In this document: piece after piece, positions 11,483-24,361 of the stretch
Layout: every line of letters starts with the position of its first letter
Numbering within the stretch: position 1 is the first letter of the stretch
Assembly: GCA_002633005.1 (NCBI GenBank)
Contig: NMRA01000119.1
Location: forward strand, 124,001-188,000
Source of the DNA: Phoronis australis
Taxonomy: Eukaryota; Animalia; Phoronida
Direction of reading: 5' to 3'
Length of the DNA: 64,000 nucleotides
Made by a program: the position numbers and the translations under genes
Notes under the pieces: generated by a model
Told to the model about the DNA's origin: nothing
What the model saw: only the letters and a program-made list of their open reading frames with translations
Database searches by the model: none

Positions 11483-11607
11483 TTGGACATTGCAAGCTTG
11501 GGTTTCCTCCTGCGAGACCCCAGATTCATCCAGCAGAACCCTGGCCTGATTGCCTCCACCACAAGTCTCAGAACAACCAGACCATTCGCTCCACGGTGAT
11601 GACAAGT
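11483..11607 (-). CDS. TSP1-like exon (3' boundary uncertain, possibly damaged)
   Basis: attttag|(D)LSSPWSEWSGCSETCGGGNQARVLLDESGVSQEETQACNVQ. The last Cys and a clean phase-1 donor are not evident. Confidence 0.7.
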
Positions 11608-14600
11608 CTAAAATAACAAACTCCACTCGACTATTAGCTGACACATCAATTTACAAACGAAATTTGGACTTGTTTTCAGGAGGAAAAGATGTGTTCGCTG
11701 ATATTAAACTAGGCAAGGACATCTACATACGTCAACGCTCCAGATATTTCCGATATGTAAACAATCTGATGGAAGTTTTTAGAAAAATTTTGTAGCACCG
11801 AAGGAACGCTTTAGTACGTGTTTCTGATTACTAGGTATTCGTATTTCAATTTCTTATCTGGGTTCTCCTTTTTGAATTTCTAAATCTTGGTCCACAAAAC
11901 AAAATTCGCCTTGAAATACATTTTGGGGTCCACATGTGAATTTTCACTGTGTCGCTTCGCCGAATTATTCTTTACTAAAGGAACCGATCGTCAGAGACTA
12001 ATACATGTAGTTAAACTACCTTTGCAAAATGAAATTGACTTGATAAATCACTTACAAGGCTGAATTACGCTTGTAAAATTTTTAACTGCTGTACAGGAAA
12101 TATTACAAACGCAAATTAATTTTGCGTGCCCCCTTTATCCAAACAAGTGACCTGACCCCAGGTTCTCTAAAACGAAAAAGAATACAAAATGTGTGCTTAA
12201 ACTAGTTTAAACTAACTGCGAACATTGACACAATACATGATATGATGAACAACGCAGTATTGTTACTGCCAAAAGCCTCTAAAACTTGGAAATACTCTTG
12301 TTGCCCAGTTTTCTTTTGCTGACTGAAAGAGTCGCGAAGTACATATACATATAATATACGTGCTCCCGAAATCCAGCGGCCCCGAAATCAGACAAGCAAA
12401 AAGAACTGAGATGCCACACATTGCTTGACGGTGGTGACACCTAGCGTCGTGACATCATATTAGAGACCTTGGAGTAGATATTTTCTTTATCCACAGATAA
12501 CTCAACCATTATACCAAAACCTATACTTTTCCACTGACACGCCCCAAAATGGCCCATCCAAGTTGAACTCTACTTGCGGTATTTGAATGCAAATTATTGA
12601 AAATTACGAAAAAAGGAATTAGAGACAAAATGTTTGGTTCTAGTCAATGGTTTTAAGGGATGAACAACTAACTGGTGTGGTTAGAATTCAAATTTGTTCA
12701 GTATCTCATACGAAATTCAAGATGCAAGCAAAATTCAAGAGCGAAAAATCACCGATTTGTCTATTACTTCATATCTTATCCCATATACCGAAAGTATGAT
12801 TATGTGATTGATTTCTGACTGAATGATCTTAAAACATTTAGATGTGACTGAATTCTAACTGACTTATCTAAAATGTGAACATTGAATTTATCTTTAGAAT
12901 GTCAACTATTGGCTTGACATAAAAGTCACAAAAATGGTCTAGTCTATATTTTCGCAACTGTTTTTTATTAGAGAAACTAGAGGCCCAGGGCAACATGCAA
13001 AAGGTAGATCGCACTGGGTCTTCGAATGATCACTTGCAAGCTGTTGGTAAGTTCACATGCAAAATTGTACAAAATTCCAATGAAAGTTTTTAGAAAACAT
13101 AAAAATTAAAGTTAGAAACGTTTTTTTTGGGGGGGGGCATCCGACGTATTGTGCATGTACAAATAGTTCATTTTTCGTTCATGAATTTTAGCCGCTATCT
13201 GAAATACTGATCATATCTGAATGCGATGAAATCTTGACATTCAGAAAAAAAAAAACAGCGCATGTTGTCAATCACTAGGCATTAATAAAATTGTTAAAAA
13301 AAATTAATTTAAAAAAGATACACGATATGCTTAAAAAATGGTTCACACAGATTATTCCTCACAACAAATTCGACCAATTAATTATTTATTCTTTGAATCA
13401 GTGGTTTAGTCGGTTCTTGACAGATGGAATATAATATATGTTTGTCCTTGCTTTATTAGTGGATGGCTGGAATCTGAAAAAAACACTTTCTTTTTTCAAG
13501 GGGAATCTATATTAAAATTCAAGTGCTCTACTTTTGGCTAGATTTAATTAGAGTGGACGAAATAGCATTCAGGAATGTTCTGCAGACTGATGATTGAAAT
13601 ACCTTGAGTACAATTGTTAAAGATTTTATTATGGTAGAAATAAATCGGACTGGTCTCTCCGAAAAATATTAATTTTGGCTTAAACATTCTGTACTCTCTA
13701 TATATATGTATGTTAGAACGTGGGTTAGAGACCTGTAACTTGGAATAAAGCCACAAACTCGCGAGTGTCTTGGATCAGGGAAGGAGTGTGCGCTCACCTG
13801 TTGCTACTTTTTCTATGATGCAGTGTGTGCAGGTTACTGCTGTTTTTTGTACAGATGTTCGATAGCCAAATTCCAGTGATTTGTTGTTTATAGTTTACAA
13901 TATGTGCAATGAATGCATAAAAACACACTGCAAAAAGAAACCCGCTTGAGCTTGGGCTGTGTAAATTATTTTAGCAAAATTATTATGACCATAGGCCTAA
14001 ATTGATAAACGGGAATGGAGTACATAGCATGGGCCCATTTCTGGATTCACATGCGCGCAAAGCTCTCAAAGAACACATAAGACCACGGAATTCACAAATT
14101 TCATCTTGTTCTAGCGTTATGTTATCAAGAAACAGGTCTTTCTTAAGACCACACAAACAAAATTCACATTGGAAATAACTCACTTTTCTTTGCAACCTCG
14201 GGAGTCCCAGAGAAATCTGAAAGCAGATTACAGTTACACAAAGCCGTGCCGTGAAGAAATCAGCAACGATTAATACTCAGACAAAATGAAAACTCGGGAC
14301 GTCAACCTGAGCTTTCCCAAAAACAACCATATCACTTACTTAATTACGTCATTAAGTATTATGTGAACACTGGAGAAGACAAATTGTCAACGGTTGGCTC
14401 TCTTCGTAAGACATTTCCAGCACATGCTCCAGCTCGCAGGAAACTTTTGCACACTAAGAAAACGCAGAATTTGTGGGCTTACAACTTTTCTCTTCTTGAG
14501 AGCTCTTCTCCACGCTATTGTACAAACATACATGTATATATAAGACGTATTATTTCAGCAAGAGTTACTACACGGATGTTACGTTTCGAGATAATATTCC

Positions 14601-15071
14601 GTTCGATTGTCAATCTCTTTATAAGATGTGGTCATTCATTTTCATCATAGACTATAGTTCGTAAACGGCCAGCTCTGAACATTCCAAGATCTATGACATT
14701 CCGTACAAGCCGCTGCCCGCACTAGTGGCCGTAACTGCGGGAATTGAAAGGACATCGTTTCCTCACTAACCGGACGTTGTGCCAATATATTTGGACTCTA
14801 GACAGTATTCGAGTAGTGTTTTCTGTTAGAAAACTGACGGTTCCTCGTTGTGTTCTGTTATAAGGAGATTCGAAATTACCTTCATTTTGGACTGTTTGTT
14901 TTATTCATTGGCGCCTTCGTGTGGAACTATCGAAGTTGCGAATCTGTTGTGTCCACACGCACGCTAAAAATCACACTGGGTACATATACAGGCCATTGGA
15001 TCACCTTCTTTTGCAATGAATGACAGGAAGATACAGTGACTCGAAATTCAGATTATAGATCAAATAATTAC

Positions 15072-18000
15072 CTGACTTTTCTTCTACAGCGTGATGCTGA
15101 TCATCCAAGTCAATGGTTTCAACCGACGGATTTCCCATGGAGTTGTTTGTGTGCAATTGTCCCGTACACTTAATATCTCTAACAAATTCGTGGTATTCGT
15201 TCGCCAATGAGAAAGTATAATTGTGACTTATCTTGTTTCCAGCACTCTTATCATACTTCCAGGTGGTGACTTCTTCGTGTTTGAATGCCGCGGTGTCCGT
15301 TTCTACATTCACTTTAAGTCTGAAATGTTTAACGATGTCGTACGAGCCACGTTTGTATGGTTTCCCTGGACAGGAAAGCCACTTGAAAATTATACAGGAG
15401 GCAATAAGACGCTAGTACATAAGAAGCGCAATCATTACAACCAATCAGCGCGATACGGTATGGTGAAAAAATGTATTTAGATGAGTAATTTAGGTACTAC
15501 AACAATGTACGGTGTCTATGCCGTTGGTGTCTTTGATTTCTTGATTTGCAGTTTGCATTAAACAGAGAGCAACATTTCATTTAATAGCTCTTAAGTTACC
15601 CGGATGTTGGGCTGTTGAGATGGTCGTCAATTGCCTACTTTAGTCAACTGTATCGCTATAACAAGCGGAATCCGAATATTTTAATGGTATTTCAAAAAAT
15701 TCTAATTAACTGCAAATTCGATTTTGGTTACGCACGACAATTGAAAGTGGGTTGGTGCTTCCATGCGATGACTTTAACATCTATTTAACAACAACTGATA
15801 TGGCACTTCGCTTCAGGACAGAGTACCTGCACTTAAGAATCAGTGTCCATGGGTTGCTCACGTCTTCAACGCTGGCAGTCACGCCTGCACCAAACCGGTA
15901 GACCCCAGGGTGCTTAGACTCGAAGTTGTGGAATGTTCCGTCAACCGTCAATGATTTCGTTTTACCAGTCTGGCTTCCATGACAACATCTCTGGAATTAC
16001 AGTTCCACTGAATTACAGAAAACTCCCTAATACTTATTACCTGTAAGCCAGAAGACGACAACAAAACGAAATTGCGCTGGACAGCTATTGATACATGGGA
16101 TAAGAACTCAGGTTGGGTTTGATGAGTTGGCGGTTTTGAGCACACCGAATGCCGGGGTTCAACGGCTTGACAGTGGTGTGTTCGTTTCAACACAACGAAT
16201 CGTGTCTGCTTTAGGGTAAAGAAGGACAATGGTTGTACCCCGTTTACCCAGAAGTCTTAGCGTTTCCGGCAGAATCGTTAGCCACTGACGCAATGCGAAT
16301 CCCCTTAAAAGCACATTTTAAATTTTAAGGACTAAGGATGTAATGAAATGTCGATTTAGTGAATAGAATCCACATTTTCTGTTACAAAACGGGTCATTCT
16401 GAAATTAATAAAGAAGTAACACATGCCATTTCAGCGAAAGCGAGCTTTTAGGCGCAACGAATGACAGATTATCTATCAATTGATATCATAGCTACCAATC
16501 TGTTTGCAGTAGTTGGCCCATGAAGCCTTTTTGGCAAAAAAATCCAATCAAAACAATTTTGCCAGATTTCGACGTCACCGAATTGAATTCGAAGAAGCTT
16601 GAGCTTAATAAATAGAAGCCAAACGCAATGAAATTACGATACAATACGTTTGAGGATTTTAAACATGCTAAAATATTACTTTTTGAGCTCTAACCCGATG
16701 ACTTATTATGTGATGGTAAAAAAGAGCAAATTTGGTCCATTAAAATACAACCGGGCCAACATTATAGTCGAGTAAATTGTGAGCCCGAGACGTAGGCCTA
16801 CAACCACAATCTCACTTGAAGAACGGGTGTGAGAAATGAAAAGACACGAGTGAGATTTCAACACTCACCTCTTGGAGAAGAAGGAAGATCACGTAAAACT
16901 TCAAGGAGCACATTGCTGCGTTTCTGCGTGTCGAATACGCTCCATCATTCTTCTTTTATTCACAGTGCGCTCGGTTTTTTAGCCTTGGAGGGCACATCAT
17001 CTTTCTGCACGCAGCGTACCGCAATTTGATAGGTCACGAGAATCAGTTATAAACATGTATTTGCACTGACAAAACTGGACCTCTGGTTTTCTGCCAGGAG
17101 GCAGAATTTGAGACTTCGATACCAAACGTCTGTTGTTAGTGCGACGACCATCAAAATCCCATCAACTGTCGCAGATTCACTTAAGACAATTTGGTCCAAT
17201 TAATTCAAAGCATAATGTTATGTAACTAATGCTTTAATAAATGCTCGTTGAGAACAAGAGAAATAACACACAAAAGATTTCGAACCGCCAACTCTTACTT
17301 GGCATTGGAATCTCTTGTTCACTGGCAGTTTTCTGTCTCTACTCTTTGCCCAAAAACTTATATGAGCGAGAAAGATCTGCACCGAAGACTCGTTCTCATG
17401 AAATAGTCATATCAAAACATTCAGACTTGCCAGAGTGTTCATGAAAGTCTTTTCTCCTTCGACCACGGGCAACTGAAGACAGTTTGTAGTACACGCTACT
17501 GTTTTTACAATTGAAAACTGTTATTAGTGCGTTTCAATTAAATTTCCCTTGTCGGTAGCAAAGGTATCGCTATCCGACAGAGGGATGTATTTCGGGGTTA
17601 AGTGGTCGCCGGGGTCAAACACGAAATAGTTGGAGATCAGAGCGGGGAGTGAACGGGAAGGGCAGTGTTCTACTGCGAATAGGAGGTCAGCTAGGGGGCG
17701 GCGGAGAGGCGGATTGATAAAATAACTGTAGCCTTCATGTGAAGACTAGATAGGTCTACCTACCGTATAAAAACAGATGCCGCTAGACCAGGCGTCAAGT
17801 ACTGATTTGAAACGCTTACAATTATTGGTCGAAAGGCCATTCGTTGTTGTATGTATGTGATTGGAAAATGTGAATTCCAACTGGAGAAGAAATTTGTCAG
17901 GGTCGTGCGGAGCAAGAACTTCCCGATCACAATACTGGTAATTTCCTGGGCAAGTCACGCACACCTTAATGTCCATAGTGCATTACACGCCCAGCGCCAC

Positions 18001-18130
18001 GAAGCCATGCATAAACCATTGTTAAACTGTGTCCAGCTCATTTGGACAGGGTAATTAGTTTCTGCTGAGAGGATCAATATATTAAAGGGTCTTATGCTAG
18101 CCACAGCTCTCGTCATTGGTTGTAATTTGA
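15072..18130 (-). pseudogene. Decayed multi-exon gene, tentatively PKD/REJ (polycystin-1-like) ectodomain
   Basis: Four AG/GT-bounded exons joined in phase 0: 18130-17764 (frameshifted), 17472-17299 (58 codons, one TGA), 16040-15862 (179 nt, one frameshift) and 15381-15072 (open, 103 codons). Peptides such as HDPDKFLLQLEFTF, GVYRFGAGVT and WLSC resemble REJ-module spacing. The family call is weak. Confidence 0.45.
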
Positions 18131-19750
18131 CTGAGATGGAAAACTATTCGGGGCCTTTAGAAACGTCAAACACGATTTCTAGAAATTGTGGAATTTAAGA
18201 AGATATCAATGGTGAAAGGTAAAAATGGAAGGCTTGTGCAGTCTGACGCAATTTTTCCACTGATATGTAATCAGCTAACAGTGTTCGAAACAAAAAGTTA
18301 CAAACGTGAGGCATGGTTTTGTCTGATTTTCTCCTTGAATTAGAAAAATTACACTCATATTCAGTGTAAAAAGTTGTACCCCTTCCATTAAACCAGCTCG
18401 GCTATATAATTAGTTTCTTGAACGGCTAGTAGGCAGAATGTTGACTTCCCTTTGTGTGGTATTGAAATGCCATGTTGCATTTCATTAATTTACGAAGTTT
18501 CCTTTAAAAACATGCTAGCGCGACTTTTTCTTCATCAAGCATCTGTTGGACTACATGTAATTAGTTAACGTTTCATGGAATTACTGAATATTAACCACGC
18601 TTTTTCAGGGGCTCTCAAGGTAAATTTTAAACACAATGATTTTGCATTTTGAATAAAATTCGTTAGGAGGGGAACACGTATAAAACTGCGAATGTACACA
18701 GTTCCAAATTCTTGTGCAAAGTCGGTACACAATCTGTTGGGCTGATGGGCAAGGTAATACGAGGGCGAACACGCCGAACAGATGATTACCCGCATCAGCC
18801 AATGACTTCAATTAGTAGTCTTGAAATTAGGTTACGTTGTAGTGAAACAGGCGATGTTTCGAATACAATCAAATATAGGGGCCTAATGTTATAAGGGCGT
18901 AATATTATAGGGTCTAATGTTATTTACATTATCTTCTTTAACTATTTCATATATCATTTATTAGAATAATGACAACACAATTAAAACCACTAGTTGCAAT
19001 GTAATTAAAACAATAATAATAATAAGGGTTTTAGCAGAGCTCCAAATATAATCAGCGTTGCAGGTTAGTACTGAGTTTAAAGGAAAAGTATCAACATAAC
19101 ATTTGAAAGCAACTTTGAGCCTGCGCAACCTGTGACGCTCATTTACATATGACCGATGTGTTTTAGTGGTTATTGGTCGTTTTATTCATCTTTTGTTGTT
19201 ACGACTAGGCCTTAGTAGAGGTCGAAAGGCACTTCAGTTTTGGCATGGTAAACCGTTCCAAACTTTTTATGGTGGGCCATCAAATAATTTACGACATAAC
19301 AAGTTTCTTCTCCAGCATTATGAATAGGGATGAAATCAGAATATATTCTGCCAAGAAGTGGAGGGTTTTTTAATTTTTAGGTTTTGCAAGGGCGCTCAAT
19401 ATTAATGTTTTTATAAAAAGTTGTGCAAATTACAATTTTAACGAATGCACGAATGCATTATTGAACGAAAGCTTCCAATTGTACATGAATAGCAGAACTC
19501 AATCTTTGAACTCGAGTATGGATAATTCTGTGAAACATATAATCGACCGTAAAATATTCCGCAAGTTCCGCCGCTCAACATAACACTCATCTACTTCAGA
19601 TGTATACGTATTTATTTCAAAATATACCAGAGCTAGCCTCGACGCTTATCATAACGTCAATTCGCTTGCGAAATGGCAAAATCCCCAGGTTACCAAGAAG
19701 AACCGAGGTGATCTTTAAATGCATGCGTGTAAAATACTAGATGTACATTA

Positions 19751-20331
19751 TATGTATGTGTGTATGTATGTATGTATGAATGTATGTATGTATGAATGTA
19801 TGAATGTGTGTATGTATGTATGTATGAATGTATGTATGTTTGTATGTATGTTTGAATGTATGTATGTATGTATGAATGTATGTATGCATGTATGTATGTT
19901 TGAATGTATGTATGTATGTATGTAAGAATGTATGTATGTATGAATGTATGTTTGTATGTACGTATGTATGGATGTATGTATGTATGTATGTATGAATGTA
20001 TGTCTGTCTGTATGTATGCATGTATGTATGAATGTATGTATGTATGTTTGTGTTTTTGTATGTATGTATGTATGTATGAATGTATGTTTGTATGTATGTT
20101 TGTATGTATGTATGTATGTTTGTATGTATGTATGAATGTATGTTTGTATGTATGTATGTATGTTTGTATGTATGTATGAATGTATGTTTGAATGTATGTA
20201 TGTATGTATGTTTGTATGTATGTATGTATGTATGTATGCATGTATGTATATTTGAATGTACCGTATGTATGTATGTATGTATGTATGTATGTATGTTTGT
20301 ATGTATGTATGTATGTATGTAAGTATGTATG
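19751..20331. repeat. Long (TATG)n microsatellite with variant units
   Basis: ~580 bp of tatg/tgaa/tttg units. It is the source of the spurious HTYI/MYVC ORFs. Confidence 0.98.
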
Positions 20332-20993
20332 TAGTTATTATTTGCATTGTGAAGTTATCAAATAAATAAGCGTATAACTTAGAAACTGGTGCCCTGTATC
20401 CGTAGGATCATATTCAAGCGCGGTTTTACTCAAATATGCTTAAAGGGACACTTTCGGTCTTACTGTGGAAAAATGTATTTTGGAGATTATTTTTAGATGG
20501 GATACACTTCTTAAAGTTATTAGCGTTGGTCAAAGCTATAAAATATCAAAATCCGTCGTGATTTCGTGTTTCTATTACAAATCGTCAATGCCCGCCGTCT
20601 GCCAGACATTCTTTAAATTTAGACCGGCGACTTCATCAATAACGCTTCGCCCTGTTTAGCTGTCTGAAAAACAAAATCGAATTAGGTCTTTTACTCACAT
20701 AAAATGGGTCCGTTCCGTGAGGATTCTGTTTCTGATTCTTTTCTCGACTGCCTCAGGGGCACACACCCCACGCCTACGCCGGTTGCCATGGTTTAACCCG
20801 GACGCTGCAAATTTAGGGGGGGGGGGTCAATACCGCTGCGATGTTTCAAAATTGAGAACTCTTCAGCATTCAAAGTGGGCGCAATGCCCCAAAATCGACT
20901 GACAATCCGTTCGGGGCCACACGGTGACATTGTGTTCCATGTGCAGAGACGCCAGATCATCTACCCCTGGCTCCATTTTCGTTCTATAGTAAT

Positions 20994-21128
20994 TATTAAT
21001 AAAAACAACCACAGTTTTAAATCGACTTGACATGTTTCGGTGTCATCAGTTCAAACACCATCATCAGAAGAGAGAATATAGTGGCCACATGTCAAGTCGA
21101 TTTAAAACCGTGGTTGTTTGTATTAATA
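20994..21128. repeat. 42-bp inverted repeat enclosing the hammerhead motif
   Basis: Arm 20994-21035 against arm 21087-21128 with 2 mismatches. Confidence 0.9.
21026..21070 (-). ncRNA. Minimal type-I hammerhead ribozyme motif (Penelope type)
   Basis: Minus strand reads CUU-CUGAUGA-U-GGUGU(loop)ACACC-GAAA-CAUG-UC-AAG: intact core, 5-bp stem II, palindromic ACAUGU stem III, GUC cleavage triplet and CUU/AAG stem I. Confidence 0.65.
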
Positions 21129-21379
21129 TATGCTGCTACGTGTAACCATGGAGATCTATAGTAATTCTATTTCAGCTAAGAAATGACCAGAATTAAGCCA
21201 GTTTCCGAGTGCTACCGTTCGGAAAGTAGTACGGTAGTTGGATTTGTTGTAATAATGGGAGGTCGGTTGGCCAAGAGGACACACAAGTTCGGGCCTATTA
21301 ACACAGCCGAGACTGACGTCGACATTTACTACAGATTGTAGGGCGGGTGCCATCAACTCGCAAAAGCGCCATCTATTAG

Positions 21380-21600
21380 CAACAGTTTTCATTATTTCTC
21401 AGAAACGAAACCGGGAAAATCAGCCGACGTCACGTCCGTTGTTCACGTTGTTGGCATTTTGACACTGTTGCTGGAAGTCGTGCAGTAAGTTGCGTAAACA
21501 AGTGTAGATCGGTGTTGAAACGAGTAAGCGTTACTTGCGATACTTGAGTAGCTGTAACAGTTTTCGGGTGCTTCGCGTCATTACCGATGTCGGGTTCGCC
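21380..21600 (+). promoter_or_regulatory. Putative promoter / non-coding first exon of the LRRK-like gene
   Basis: CpG-rich patch, CRE-like gacgtcacgt at 21426, and donor-like gtaagt (21485) and gtaagc (21524). The first coding exon has an acceptor at 30878, so an upstream exon must exist. Its location here is inference. Confidence 0.35.
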
Positions 21601-24361
21601 GCCTGCACTTTTAGTTTTACTGTAAAGTGAACCTTGTCAGGGTCACTTTTGGTTTGGTTCTTAGCCGGAAGTTTGGCTATGGTGACAAATATGCCTCCCT
21701 ATACTATTACTATAGTCCCTTAACTGCTACTGTTTTCACTAGCACTGTTGACTTTGTAGCCACATCACTTACTTCAAATGACACACATGCGAAGGGTAAG
21801 ATCGAGGCCTTTTTTCTAGCGTCATCAATCAATTTATCACTGTTTATGGCAGAGAGTGAAGTAGGGCTTAGGCAACACGTAGCCCCCTGCTGCGGCATTC
21901 AGGGCGATGCAATTCCCTAGGCAACACGTACATACACTGTATCACCGTCTCAACTGGCAGTATAGTCTAGACATACCATCTCTTACTGGTTCAATAGACA
22001 GATGGTGTAGCTCCATACGACGGTTCATACAACACAAGCTTTTCCGTGACTGAATTAGGCCTCACACCGACTAAACATCTAACTTCTAAGTCCCATTATA
22101 CCTTATGCACACAGAGGGACACCTAAAGAGTCTGTCGATGTCTGTAATGCCTTCTAACTCGAGCAAATACTCCCATTCTCTTTGGTCAAATGGTCAAATT
22201 AAACCTTTTCTTCAAGCAGTCTTTCGTTTAGGCAATTACATCGCCCTGGATGCTTTAACCGAGGGGTTACGTGTTGCCTATCTTTCGTTTAGTTCACAAA
22301 ATCTGTAACTGGCCATTTTAACACTGTCACAGTGCGTGGCAGGTGGTATGACGTCATATCCCCTGGCGTGCCCAGTGTTAAAAATGGCAAGTTACCAATT
22401 TTGGCGAGCTATGCCGTCTCTGTGGAACCAGCTAGCGACGCGGTCACTGTACTGGCAGTCGAGATGGCGGCCATCCTATAGGCTCCATCCGCTGGCGAAT
22501 TATATCTCACACTGGTTAAATCATCAAAGTCACATTACTGGCCTGATGTATCATTCCCTTATTTAAAGAGAACCATGCATACAGACTAGTACTAGGCAAT
22601 TGAATAAGGGCTCACCCAAATGAAACTGGTTCCATAAATCAGGGGCCCCTGTATCTGATCAGTTCCATCAAAAGAAGTTTTGTAAATTTAAGTGGAGTTC
22701 ACTTTTTCAGTCCGCTACCACACTATATTGTGGCCCTCTCACTACAAAACTTGTACGTTTGAGTGTACATAATTTTTTGCAACTCTGATATTCACTTGCT
22801 CCTATGCCTATAATATGTTACAAACATTATTCTGCTGAGTATCACATTTTGACGTGGCTCAACTGCATAAACTCAAGATGAGCATTCTCAAGTTGGAGGT
22901 ACCTTTAATGGATTGACATCGAGACTTTGAGTGCATACGTTATTTCATGACATTGATCCATTACACTGATAAGCACTGTGTGGTATGTTGCCATAGAAAT
23001 AATTTTATTAACTACAATATTTAATTTCTGCTAAATTTTTTTTGAAAACAAGAGTTCAAGTCAAACCAGGGCAAAGCAGTTTTATAACATATCGTCTACT
23101 CCTAGCGAAGCTGAATAGGACCACCAGCCCAGTTTGTTCTAATTTTCCATAGCTCATTGGAATATCAATGGGTGGTCAGCTCTCAATAATGTTTTGCAAA
23201 AACCAGCCATTTACCAATTTGACTGTGATGTTGTTTCTCTGCATAAGACATATTTATGTTCTAACGATATCATTCAAGTTGAAGGATACCAATTAATTGG
23301 CCCAAGACAGATCATAGATTTTCAGACTAATCTATTTGGTGATGCTTAAATTGACATTGTGAAGGATTCAAAATTAGCTATTGTTAATGGCAGAAGTACT
23401 CCTGAATTTGATAACTTTACCTCTGTCTCAGGTAGAGGAAATGCTGTACAGTTGTAGATTATATTTTAACTGACCACAATAATTTAGAATTTAATAATAA
23501 CGTGACATTTAATGAAGAAATTTTATGTTTAATGGATTCATTATTGTTATCCTATGAACATCAGAACCACAGTTCTTGATGTAGTGTATTGTTGACCTAT
23601 TGATTGAGGAAATGGATTCCTTGCTGGATTACAAGGATTATTATCCGAGTCGTAAACTAAAAAAATATCTTAAGAGGAATTAGCCTTATTGGAATTCGGA
23701 AGTTAAACATTTGTGGAAAAATTTAAAGTAGGCTACATTGAAAAACAACTTTCGAGAAGTCAAGAGGACACGGAAATTGGTCACAATACAAACAATTATT
23801 TCTGTCTGCTCAATATAAATTTGACAAAAATCTTAAATGTGCGAAACGTTCATACCAGTTGATGGTTCAGATTGAAATTGAGAATTTGAATACTGAAAGT
23901 CCTAAGGATTTTGGGGCAAATATTAAAAAAACTGGGATCAAAACAGTTTAGCGAAGTTCCCCTGGAAGTCTTGGATTCAAATAATGAAATGAACTCTGAT
24001 CGAAATTTTGTTCTTTATTTCTGTTTCTGTTGACAAAGGACGTTATTACATCCGAAAATTTCAGTTGATCCATTCTTGTTGTTTTATTTACCTATTTATG
24101 TTCTAAATATGAAATGGAAAAATTAATACGAACAATTATTTAAATGCAGTTCTACAAATGCACTATTTGATGATTTGATTTGGAAACCTTGAATTTGCTC
24201 GAGCAGTTAGAAAAGGATTGTTCTAATATAATTGATCACTGCTGATTGTGAAATTTCTATTGATGAGGTTAGAAATGTTGTTATGAGAACAAAGTCGTTA
24301 GCTGTGACTGTATACCTTACGAGGTGTTAAGATTCGAAACTATTGTTGTTTTTCTGACTCA

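Noticed and set aside
19690-20347. Several long ORFs (HTYI/MYVC repeats)
   Set aside because: They are translations of the (TATG)n microsatellite.
20440-21723. TTAA-flanked element (ttaaagggac...gtccctttaa) enclosing the putative promoter
   Set aside because: Only ~10 bp of inverted match and no second copy in the window, so it is too weak.
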